A DNA stretch of 64,000 nt from Carcharhinus amblyrhynchos (Eukaryota): positions 43,772,001-43,836,000 of the forward strand of contig OZ336882.1 in NCBI GenBank assembly GCA_965287045.1, read 5' to 3'. A program made the translations under genes and the position numbers. Under the pieces are notes generated by a model that was given only the letters and a program-made list of their open reading frames with translations, was not told where the DNA came from and did not search any database. Each line of letters begins with the position of its first letter. Positions within the stretch are counted from its first letter, which is position 1. Positions 50,961 through 61,377 of the stretch are shown piece by piece.

Positions 50961-51509
50961 GAGGCAGTCATATTCTGATGGACTCATTGCCCCTAGGTTG
51001 GTGGTGGGGGTGATGACAACATGCAGTGAGGGCACCTTAAAATCGTCACATGGCATCTGTGAGTATTGGACTCACCTCTGACTGCTGGCAGTGCACAAAC
51101 CCTCTATGATGAGGCTCCTGGAGACGCTGTGGATACCCATTGTCCCTGCATTACAGGAGAATGATGATGGCAGGTACAGTGTGCTGGATCTCACAGAGCT
51201 TCCCTTTTTGCAATCCCCCCATGCCCCAATCCCCACCTCCCCCCACCCCCACTGTTCCCCCTCCCCCTGACCATGGTATTCAGCATTTAAATTATCAATG
51301 TTAACATTTAAGTGGGTTTAAATAAAGATGATTGTTTATTCACATTTCTCATCCAGAAATCCAACTATGGCATTCACTCATACTCACACACAAACACGCT
51401 CAAGGAAAGTTCATTTTTCAGAGAATAATGCACATATAAATTCTGATCAAAACGAATTCTACACATAATCTTCCATAAATGATTACACATGAATCACAAA
51501 ACGTTAATA

Positions 51510-51760
51510 TGCAAGTACAGCAATTGATTAGGAAGGCAAATCAAATGTTGGCATTTATTGCAAGGGAAATTGAGTATAAAAGTAAGGACAGTTTGTTTCA
51601 GTTGTACAGGGCTCTGGTGAGACCATCTCTGCAGTACTGTTTATAGCCCTGCTCTTCTTACTTAAGAAAGGATTCAATTGTACTAGAAACAGTTCAGAAA
51701 AGGCTTATTCCAATAGTTCCTTGGATGAAGAGGTTACCTTATGAGGAAAGAGTGGGCAGC
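51510..51760 (+). mobile_element. CR1 fragment
   Basis: QVQQLIRKANQMLAFIAREIEYKS..LYRALVRP. Confidence 0.85.
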
Positions 51761-51767
51761 TTTTTTT

Positions 51768-51960
51768 CTGTAAAAATTGGTGAGCGTCGTAGCGGACATG
51801 CCAAATTTCCTTCACCTCCTGAGAAAGTAGAAGTGTTGGTGGGCTTTCTTAACTATTGCGTCAGTGTGGAGGAACAAAGATAGGTTGTTGGGTGATCTGG
51901 ACACCTAGAAAATTGAAGCTCTTGACCAGTTCTATTTCATTCCCATTAATATAGACATGG
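51768..51960 (-). mobile_element. Rex1/Babar-type LINE fragment
   Basis: Minus translation ELVKSFNFLGVQIT..DAIVKKAHQHFYFLRR*RKFGMSATTLTNFYR, similar to VKKAQQRLYFLRRL. Confidence 0.75.
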
Positions 51961-52272
51961 GTATAACTTGAATACATCCACCCAAAAATGAACAAAGCAA
52001 TTTGGAAAATCCAGGCTATTAATCCATCTTTGAGAAATAGGGCTGAATGTTTTCAGCCAGTTGGATGTGGGGATTTGGGAGTGCGTGGATTGGCAGAGTC
52101 TGGGAAATTGAAGTTGACCACAGGTTTCTCAGAGAGTGCTATTGCTGCTTTTCAAAGGTTTGCTCTGTAGAAGTCACTCACCCATTAAGGACTTCACTCA
52201 TCTTCAGCTGCCCTTTCCCTGCTGTCAGCTTTCAGCATGGCTTGGAAGCACCTTGTCTAGTTCCAACTCTTA

Positions 52273-52893
52273 CATAAGAACATAAGAAATAGGAGCAGGA
52301 GTAGGCCATCTAGCCCTTCGAGCCTGCCCCGCCATTCAATAAGATCATGGCTGATCCGAAGTGGATCAGTTCCACTTTCCCGCTTTCTCCCCATAACCCT
52401 TAATTCCCCTGTCTATCAAAAACCTATCTACCTGTGACTTAAATATATTTAGCGAGGTAGCCTCCGCCACTTCAACGGGCAGAGAATTCCAGAGATTCAC
52501 CACCCTTTGAGTGAAGAAGTTCCTCCTCAATTCTGACCTAAACAGCACCCCCCCTTATCTTGAGGCTGTGCCCTCTAGTCCTACTATCCTTTCTAAGCGG
52601 GAAGAATCTCCCTAACTCTACGCTATCCATCCCCTTCATTATCTTATATGTCTCTATAAGATCCCCCCTCATCCTTCTAAACTCCAACGAGTGTAGACTA
52701 TTTAGTCTCTCTTCATAGTCCAACCCCCTCATTTCTGGTATCAACTTAGTGAGCCTCCTCTGCAATCCCTCCAAGGCCAATATATCCTTCCGCAAGTGCG
52801 GCGACCAAAACTGCACATAGTACTCCAGCTGCGGCCTCACCAGTACCCTGTACAGTTGCAGCAAGACCTCCCTACTTTTATATTCTATCCCCC
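52273..52893 (-). mobile_element. Young CR1 3' fragment with the same tail as 4965-6318
   Basis: ORFs 52538-53005 and 52366-52548; tail cataagaacataagaaataggagcagg..ggctgatc is near-identical to 4964-5047. Confidence 0.95.
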
Positions 52894-53049
52894 TACCTTT
52901 ACCTTTAGGAACAAGCGCCATACTATTGTCAACTGCTCCAGCAGGAATAACACTAGCAACACCAGCTGCTGCCTTCTGCTCAGAACAGCAGGAATGAACA
53001 ATCAATGTTCCCTCCTTTATCCCCTGTAATGCATATTATCATCTCCCTT

Positions 53050-53300
53050 TTCTTGCAGGCAAACCAACCGAGCAGTCTGGGCCATCCTCATTCCCTTGCA
53101 CCCAGTGTATACGAGCAGCTCCAAGGGAGACTAATCGGACCACACCATTGAAGATGCGTCACATCTGTCACCCACATCTGACACACCAGCACAGGTACTT
53201 ACACCTCGATGGGTTTACTAAATAGGCAGACTACTGGGTCCCTTACTAGTGAGTATCTCATAGCTGGCAATCCACATCAGGTAACTGACACTCGGAGAGA
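53050..53300 (+). mobile_element. Harbinger ORF2-like remnant
   Basis: EDASHLSPTS..TSTGTYTSMG..TGSLTSE resembles Ser/Thr-rich Harbinger accessory proteins. Weak. Confidence 0.35.
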
Positions 53301-54819
53301 TGCTGGAGGCCAGGACTTGGCTAAACTCCTGGCCAATGATATATCTCTGGATCTGGTCTTTCCAGGGTTGACAAAATTACTAAGGCAGAGTTGCGAATTG
53401 TCAGGAAGGGATGACAGCATCTCTCCTGGGACTGCAAGACCAACTGGAGGAGTCCAATTGCCTTTTGTCTGAAATTGCAGTATCCGATTATTGCCATATC
53501 TCAATGGCAACGTAATCAAGGTTAGGCCCATAATGTGTGTGAATCTGATTTCAATACATTTTAATAAATTAGCATTTAATTAACCCCTCACCACATTACC
53601 CCCTCACGAGATTTGGATATCTCACCGATGTGACGTTGGCGGTGTTTACAACAGATTGGCCCAGACATTAACCTGTCAAAGGGCTTCCACCCGCCCCTCT
53701 CACCCCCCCAGGAATGGAAAGGACAGTACAGCCCCTAGGGGAGAAAGACCTGGCCAGGCAGTGCCCTGGTATTTTCAACCTAGCAGTGGTGTGGTGGAGT
53801 CGGAGGGGGGGTGGTGGGCGGGGGGGGATGGTGGAGATGGGAGTCTGCAGAAATAGAGAGCAATGGGGAGACCAGGGATAATCGACAGGAGTGTTCGGGC
53901 GTGGGGGGAATACCAACAATATTCAGATATTCAGGTGGGTGGGTGGGAGGGATGCCAGTAATGATCACGGGGGAAGAGAGATGTTGGCAATGATGAGTGG
54001 GGGGAGTTGGGGGTGGCGGATCCTGGCGATGATGGTGACGGAGAGAAGGGGACTGATGCGGGAGATGATCTGAGAGGGGCGGGGCGGTGAGGGATGTGGG
54101 CGGGGCAAAGCAAGCGATGATTTTGGGTGGTTGCCAGTGATACTGGGGATTGCAGAGGCCACAGGTGCCTCTGGGGTGAAGGATGGGAGATTCTTACTTG
54201 CTTCTGTAATCGGTACGTTCTTTAAAAATGACAGCTCAATCTCAGTGGAGCTGGTTCCCGGCTCTAAGACACCCCACCTAATCAGACCTGCAAGCCATGT
54301 TCACTCTTTTTTGGCAGTTAAAGTGACAAGATCTGGAGGGACAACTGGCCAGTGGAGCTGAAGAATTCTACGCCAGAACTGACACTCTGCCAAATTCTCA
54401 TCAGGTTCTGCCATAGACAACATTCACCCCTCATCAACCTCCTCTGTTACTTCATCAGAAAATACAATTAAAAGTTTCAATTAGATTATTCAAACACTGA
54501 GCAAACTTTTGCAGTGTGCCATTCATGTCCTCCGTAAGCAATATTCAAAGCTGCATGATGATCATCAAGTAATATACTACACAGTGGGGCATTGAACCAT
54601 AAAGTCCAGGAATGTTACAAGTTTGATTCCTTCCCTCTGCTGATCTAACTAAGTTCGGACAAGGCAGAGTGGTGATGCTGAAATTGATGTCTGTAGCCCT
54701 GGGTTATGAGGTGAAAACAACCTGGATCTCCACTCCTAGTCACGATTGAGTGAACCCTGCTCAAATCATTTACTGATATGAATGTCCGGGATGATCAACA
54801 CCACTGTTAGCTGTGGTGA

Positions 54820-55115
54820 TCATAGAATTATAGAATCCCTACAGTGGCCCAATGAGCCTGCACTGACAACAATCCCACCCAGGCCCTATCCCCAAAGCCC
54901 ACGTATTTACCCTGCTATTCCCCAGACACTAAGGGGCAATTTAGCATGGCCAATCAACTTAACCTGCACATCTTTGGACTGTGGGAGGAAATTGGAGCAC
55001 CCAAAGGAAACCCACACAGAACGTGCAAGCTCCACACAGAATGTGACCTGAGCATGGAATTGAACTTGGATCCCTGGCGCTATGAGGCAGCTGGGCTAAT
55101 CACTGTGTCACTGTG
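54820..55115 (-). mobile_element. HE1/V-type SINE (type A)
   Basis: catagaattatagaatccctacagtg tail and body. Confidence 0.86.
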
Positions 55116-55269
55116 CGCCCGAGGTCCCCTGGATATTAGCCTTAATGACATGCATTGTTCAAGCTTGCACATGAACACACTTGGGTTGAAGCTTCAAAAT
55201 CTGTTGTATTCAATGTTTTCATCATTCAACGCGAGGGGGTGGAAAAGTAGAAGTATCAGAAAAGACTCC

Positions 55270-55682
55270 ACTTACCTGCCCACTCATCATAACCCTTAAT
55301 TCCTTTACTGTTCAAAAATTTATCTATCCTTGCTGTAAAAACATTCAATGAGGTAGCCTCAACTGCTTCAGTGGGCAGGGAATTCCATAGATTCACAACC
55401 CTTTGTGTGAAGAACTTCCTCCTCAACTCAATCCTAAATCTACTCCCCCCTATTTTGAGGCCATAACCCCAGTTCTAGTTTCACCCGCCAGTGAAAACAA
55501 CTTCCCTGCTTCTATCTTGTCTATTCCTTTCATAATTTTATCTGTTCCTATAAGATCTCCCCTCATTCTCCTGAATTCCAATGCGTATAGCCCCAGTTTA
55601 CTGAGTCTCTCCTTATAAGCCAATCTTCTCAACTCCGGAATCAACCTAGTAAATCTCCTCTGCACCCTCTCCAGTGTCAGTA
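55270..55682 (-). mobile_element. CR1 3' fragment
   Basis: ORF 55450-55716 LERVQRRFTRLIPELRRLAYKERLSKLGLY. Confidence 0.92.
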
Positions 55683-58362
55683 CATTCATATATACACACA
55701 AGGCTTCTGGTTGCAAGTGCAGAACTACTGGAAATTAATGCAAAGCTCAGGTAAAAAAAATGATTGATAGATATTTCTTGATCTTGTTTATACTGAGGAA
55801 TATTTTCTTGTTATGTTCTTATGCAGGATGTCTGTTTTTCACTTTGTAGGTGAATTCCCTCAAGATTTTTCAACACTATTTATGGTGACAGCCCTTCACT
55901 GGGAGGAAGGATGGAATTTTTTTTTTTGGTGCCTGATTTGAACATTTTTCAGTTGAGAGTACAGCGAAAATTATGGTCTTGACAGTAGTCATGAATAATA
56001 AAGGAAAGCTACTGAATATAAATTATATTGAATGTCATTTGAGAGCAAAAATGTTTTGTTCTATCCTTATGTTCTGTGAAGCACGAAAGTGCCACCTGTT
56101 CACAAGATCACAAGATAGATGCAGATGAGGAATCTCAGTCAGCCATCCTATCTCTCCCATCCAGAGAAAAATATCTGTAGACACTTTATTACAGCAGTTA
56201 CTTAAATGATTCCCAGGATGTGTGCTTCCATTATCTGCCAAGAAGTCACGTCTAGACAAAGCAAAATACTACAGTTGATATAAATCTGAACTAAAAACAG
56301 AAAATCCTTGAAATACTCTTCACATCAGATGTCATCTGTGAAGACAGAATATTTTAATAATTTCTTATCAGAATGCACTTCTACATGATTTTTTTAATGT
56401 TGGAAACCTGAAGTTGCCATTTATAGCACTTCTTGACCCAGCTTTTTTGTTTTACTTGTCTCATCACCACCCTTATTGCTTTAGACAATCATCCCCTTTG
56501 TTATTTAGTCACTCCTGCCTCCCATTTCAACACCGACCTGTCTTTTGTTCTATGGTATCCTCACCCCCAACCTATCCAAGGGAACCTACACTACCACTGT
56601 CCCTGGCTCTGTACCTGTTTATAAACTGTTAAATCTATAACTTCTCCACCAAGGACATCGGTCTGAAACATTGGCTAGAATTTTTCATGGAGGTAGTTCT
56701 CCTGGCTGAAGTGTTAAGAGCAAGTCTGCCTTCAAAGGGTCGGGAAGCTGCGGCCAAATTGTACAGCCAGTTGGGTGTTATGCATTTCAGCTTGTAGCTT
56801 GCCCCCTGTCCGAGAGGATGTCCTGCCTCCAAGTACTGCTGGCTAGCAGCTTTCCAGTCCTAATAGTGCTATTGAAAGCAATGTCCACTATTGGCACTGT
56901 AATCCGTACAACACAAGGAATAGCAATGGTAAATGGTTTGGTTTTGCCTGAGTTAGTCAGGCAAGCTAGGGTGAGGAGGTTGGGTATGCCACGATTGGGA
57001 GGACAGACCAAATGTAGAAGGCAGACAGGAGAAGCATAAGATGCCAAACAAGAACGGTTTATCTCATGGTCTCAGCTTGTAGTGTTGCCAATCTCAGCAC
57101 TAGTATAATAACAGCAACAGGAGCAGGAGGAAGATCTTAAGTGGTTATTTAAGAGCCTCAAGGGCCTAGTATATCTCCATCCCCCCATCCCACCTTTCCC
57201 CTGCCAACCCCCCACCTTACTGCCACACTGCTGTTAAAATTCCTGCAGGCCTATTCTGTCTGGGATGGGAATCATGTTTGCTGGTGGTGAGGCGACAACC
57301 AGGCTCATTAATGAACCACTTGAAAACTAGCTTCCCAGGAGTTCATGGGGTGGCTCAGGGATTTAACAGGACTTGCACAAGCTCATGCACTTCCCAAAAA
57401 AAAAACCCTGCAAGGAAGTGGGCAGGAGGGACCCTAATTCATCTGATTGAGGGACTCAGCATCAGGCAGTGCAATGGGCTGCTGGAAAAAAACACTCTTC
57501 TGTTCTCTCATTTGACTCCCTTTCTCCTCATCATCACAGTTTCAATCAATGGAGAAGGCCTCAGTTTATATAAACAGCAGCCACCACTGATTGGACAGCA
57601 GCTCTTTAAGGGGCGGGGTGGGGGAGGAAATTCCAACCCAACTTGAATGACTGTAAGGCCCAAGACAGTCCAATTCAGTGCCTGATTGCACTTAAACAGT
57701 GTCAGGTCTCCCAGAGAAAAGCACACACAATTTCCATAGCTTCTCCAACAATACTAAATTATGCCTGATGTCATTGACTATTGATCTCAATGTTAGTCAA
57801 AGCTGTTAAGGATCCAAAATAAATTGAGTTACAGTAAGCTGCAGTCTTCTCCCAGGAGAACATTGCATTACAGCTCAGACCATTTATCCTTCAGGACTTT
57901 TGAATCATTATGCAAATACAATGTAGCTCTTTGATTTGCAGTTTGAGCTTAAAATTATTGGAGATCTAACCTCCTTCCCTTGTAAAGCCCTTAATTTCTG
58001 GGTTTGAACAGTAGTACCAATGCTGAAAATATGATGAAAAAACTTTTGAACTGACTAGATATAAAATTTGAAAACACATCAAAAAATGTCTTGTGTTCCA
58101 AAGAGTGCTTCCACTTTGCTGAAATTCAGTCAGAAGGGCCTACAGCTAATGAAATCTTGTAACTTTAAGTCCTCCAATTTTTAATTCTAAGTAAAACTAT
58201 ATTTTCCCCACCATTTTTCAATGTAAATAGAAATTTTGTTCCTTTTCTTACTCATTTCTACATTTATGTTCTTTATTTTTCTTGTTTTTTTTAATATTGC
58301 TTCTTTGAGAACTTTGTAAATTTTGAACTTTCATATCTTAACTTTTCCTTTGACTCACTATG

Positions 58363-58935
58363 AGGAGGCGATGGCCTAGTGGTATTATTGCTAGACTATT
58401 TATCCAGAAACTCAGCTAATATTCTGGGAACTTGGGTTTGAATCCAATAAAAAGAATCTGGAATTAAAAGCCTAATGATGATTCATGAAACCATTGTCGA
58501 TTTTTGGAAAAAAACAATCTGGTTTACTAATGTCCTTTAGGGAAGGAAACCTGCCCTCTTTACCTGGTCTACATGTGACTCCAGACCCAAGCAATGTGGT
58601 TGACTTGGACAGCATGGTGGCACAATGGTTAGCACTGCTGCCTCACAGAGCCAGGGTCCCAGGCTCAATTCCAGTCTTGGGTCACTGTCTGTGCAGAGTC
58701 TGCATGTTGTCTGCATGGGTTTCCTCCCACAGTCCAGTGCAGATTAGGTGGATGCTAAATTGATCCTAGTCTCAGAGGGATTGGCAAGGTAAATACGTTG
58801 GGTTATGGGAATAGGGCCTGGGTGGGATTGGGGTTGCCGTTCTAGTTTGACTGTCAACTGCCTCAGACAACTAGGGATGGGCAATAAATGCTGACCAGCC
58901 AGCAATGCTCATGTCTCACAAATGAATGAAAAAAA
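58363..58935 (+). mobile_element. SINE family C with a nested HE1-type SINE (about 58608-58838)
   Basis: The family-C body breaks at gcaatgtggttgact and resumes at ttgactgtcaactgcctc..actagggatgggcaataaatgctg. Confidence 0.85.
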
Positions 58936-59353
58936 CTTCACCTGTATTTTCCATGTCAGAGTCAATATTAATCACATAACAATAATTCAGAAATGTTAGA
59001 TCATAAATAAGGAAAACTAATCATAATTCATCAATCCAAAAGGTCTTTACATTTTCCTTCATCACAGCATCTAATTATTTTGAAATCGTTATTTTCAAAT
59101 CCAGTACATTTTTTTGCACCCATTTCTCTCCTCTCTGCACTGCCTCCAATGTCTGAATATTTTGCTCATGTCCCATGAACCCTGATTGATACAGTGTTCA
59201 GGACTGGGTCAAATCAAACTACCAATTTAATGAAAGTAGAATATCGTGGATGCTGGAAATCTGAATTAAAACCAGAAAATGCTGGAAGACCTCAGCATGT
59301 CCGGCAGCATTTGTGCAAAGAGAAACAGAGTTAATGTTTCGATTCAAGTCCAT

Positions 59354-59480
59354 GGCTGGAATTTTACCGTCCCACCCACCATGGAAATCAGAGCGAGTGA
59401 GGGGCAGACAATGGGCAAATCCATTGACCTTGGTGGGATTTTACAGTTTTGCGGTGAGTGAGGCTATTAAAAACCCTGCC
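59354..59480. mobile_element. About 126-bp Harbinger-type MITE (related subfamily)
   Basis: Starts ggctggaattttaccg and ends taaaaaccctgcc; TSD unclear. Confidence 0.7.
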
Positions 59481-59519
59481 CTGTATGCCTGAAGAAGAGT
59501 CATATGGGCTCGAAACATT

Positions 59520-59645
59520 GACCAGAATTTTACCGCCACGCCCACCCTGGAATTGGAGCAGGCGAGGCTCGCAGAACAGAATTTTCCATTGGCCTCGGGC
59601 GTGATTTTATGAGCCTCACCCCAGCGAGATTGTAAAATCCCAGCC
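59520..59645. mobile_element. 126-bp Harbinger-type MITE, same family as 39290-39415
   Basis: TIRs gaccagaattttac / gtaaaatcccagcc; TSD ATT (59517-59519, 59646-59648). Internal ggcgaggctcgcagaacag..ttatgagcctc matches the reverse complement of the 39290 copy. Confidence 0.88.
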
Positions 59646-60144
59646 ATTAACTCTGTTTCTCTCTCCACAGATGTTGCCAGACATGCTGGGGTTTTCCAGA
59701 ATTTTTTGTACCATTCAGTTCAAACATGAGTTCCGTTTCTTTCTAGTCCACTGCAACTTTAGCGATAAAAGTTCAATACTCTGCTTTTCCTGATTCTGTG
59801 CTTTGACATGAAGTTTTCTGCATCTATTATCATTATGTCTTATTTCCAGGAGGTAGCTATTGCATTTCAAAGTGTTGCACGTTTGTGTGGTTAGTTCAAA
59901 TATTAATCTTGTTAAAATAAATGCACCATGAGTTGTTAGCTGAACAGTGCTCATTTTTCCAAATTGGTAAAATGACAAGCAGGAAACTGTCAGTAAACTC
60001 ACCAGTGAAATCACTCAATATATTCTTGAAAAAGAGACAAATCTCCAGGTAAACATTCATCCAACAATGTTTTGTTCCCAGCCTCTCCTCCTCCTCCTGA
60101 TAACTCATCAGCAGTGAAATGCTTCAATCTGGTGAGGCCAGGAG

Positions 60145-60510
60145 GGTGGCATGGTGGCACAGTGTTTAGCACTGCTGTCTCACAGCACCAGGGACCCCGG
60201 TTCGATTACTGCCTTGGATTATGTCTGTATAGAGTCTGCACATTCTCCCTTTGTCGGCATGGGATTCCTCCGGGTGCTCCGGTTTCCTCTCACAGTCCAA
60301 ACATGTAACGGTTGGGTAAATTGGCCATGCAAAAATTACCCCTTAGATGTCCAAAGATGTGTGTATAGGTGAGGTGGATTAGCCATGGTAAATATGTGGG
60401 TTATGGGGATGAGAGGGCATGGGTAGGATACTCTGTCAGAGAGTCATTGCAGACTTGATGGGCTGAATGGCCTCCTTCTGCACTGAAGGGATTCTACGGA
60501 TCTATGTTCT
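60145..60510 (+). mobile_element. HE1/V-type SINE (type A)
   Basis: Head plus gatgggctgaatggcctccttctgcactg tail. Confidence 0.87.
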
Positions 60511-61377
60511 CAGCTGTCATCTCACTTTGTCAGTCTCTCAAGAAAATATTATGAAAGATAAGGTCAGAAATTTCTGGGTACACGTGCAAGTCAACTTGCC
60601 AACAAATTAGCACCTATTGCTCCTAGAATATAATTCATTGCGATCATCTGAAATTTGCCATTCTTGCATTTGTCCTAATGGATACAAGATTAAAAGCTTT
60701 GGCAATATTAGTGCCTTTTCAGCAGTGTTCAAGCACTGTATGAGGAAGCAATATATTTTTGCTTGCTTCCTTTACTTTCTACCATGCATCAATTGAATTC
60801 ATATGCTTGTATTACATCTGCAACCTCTGATTTCCTGTGAGAAAGTCTAATTTTTGATTCTGACAGTCTGCCCATCTAATCTAATAATCTCATTTCTACT
60901 GTTGTTCTGGACTTGTTGGAGTAGATATGGCTAAATTAAGAATCTAACCTTTACCCAGGTAATTCACCTGCCAGAGAGAAAAAGAGAGACAAATTTTCCT
61001 TAAAACGCCTGCCACAGTAGCAAATATAAGTGCTTTCATCCTTTCCCCCTTCAAACTCACATGGTATGTGATTTACCTCTCTAGCATCTATTCATTTGTA
61101 ATCTTAGTGATTGGCTGAGTTCTGATCTTGCAGTTGGCCTTTTCACCTGTCGTTTTTCCAAAAGTTTATTTTTATTTTCTGGATTACTTCTGCCTCTTTC
61201 CTAACCCCAATTGCACCATGTACTTTCCTCTACTCTCCAGAGATCTAAATTGAGAACTCTTGCTGTATTCCCAGGCACTATGCAGAAGCTAATTCATAGA
61301 ACATCCTTTTACCAATCCCAAGTTTGCAATTGTGTTTCTCTCCCTCTACATCCCCCTCTCCCCCTCTACCCACATGC

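Larger units (their letters stand above)
59235..59710. mobile_element. Family-2 palindromic hammerhead element carrying two MITE insertions
   Basis: Left arm atgctggaagacctcagcatgtccggcagcatttgtgcaaagagaaacagagttaat, right arm attaactctgtttctctctccacagatgttgccagacatgctg. Core CUGAAGA-A-GAGUC-AUAUG-GGCUC-GAAA at 59489-59515. Confidence 0.82.

Noticed and set aside
53656-54361. Cluster of overlapping Gly/Pro-rich ORFs
   Set aside because: G-rich low-complexity interior, probably of a degenerate DNA transposon; few stops because of base composition.
1310-60372. Recurrent short ORFs such as MAQWLALLPH.., GTVVSTAASQ.., DCGRKLEHPEETH
   Set aside because: Translations of HE1-type SINE copies, not a gene family.
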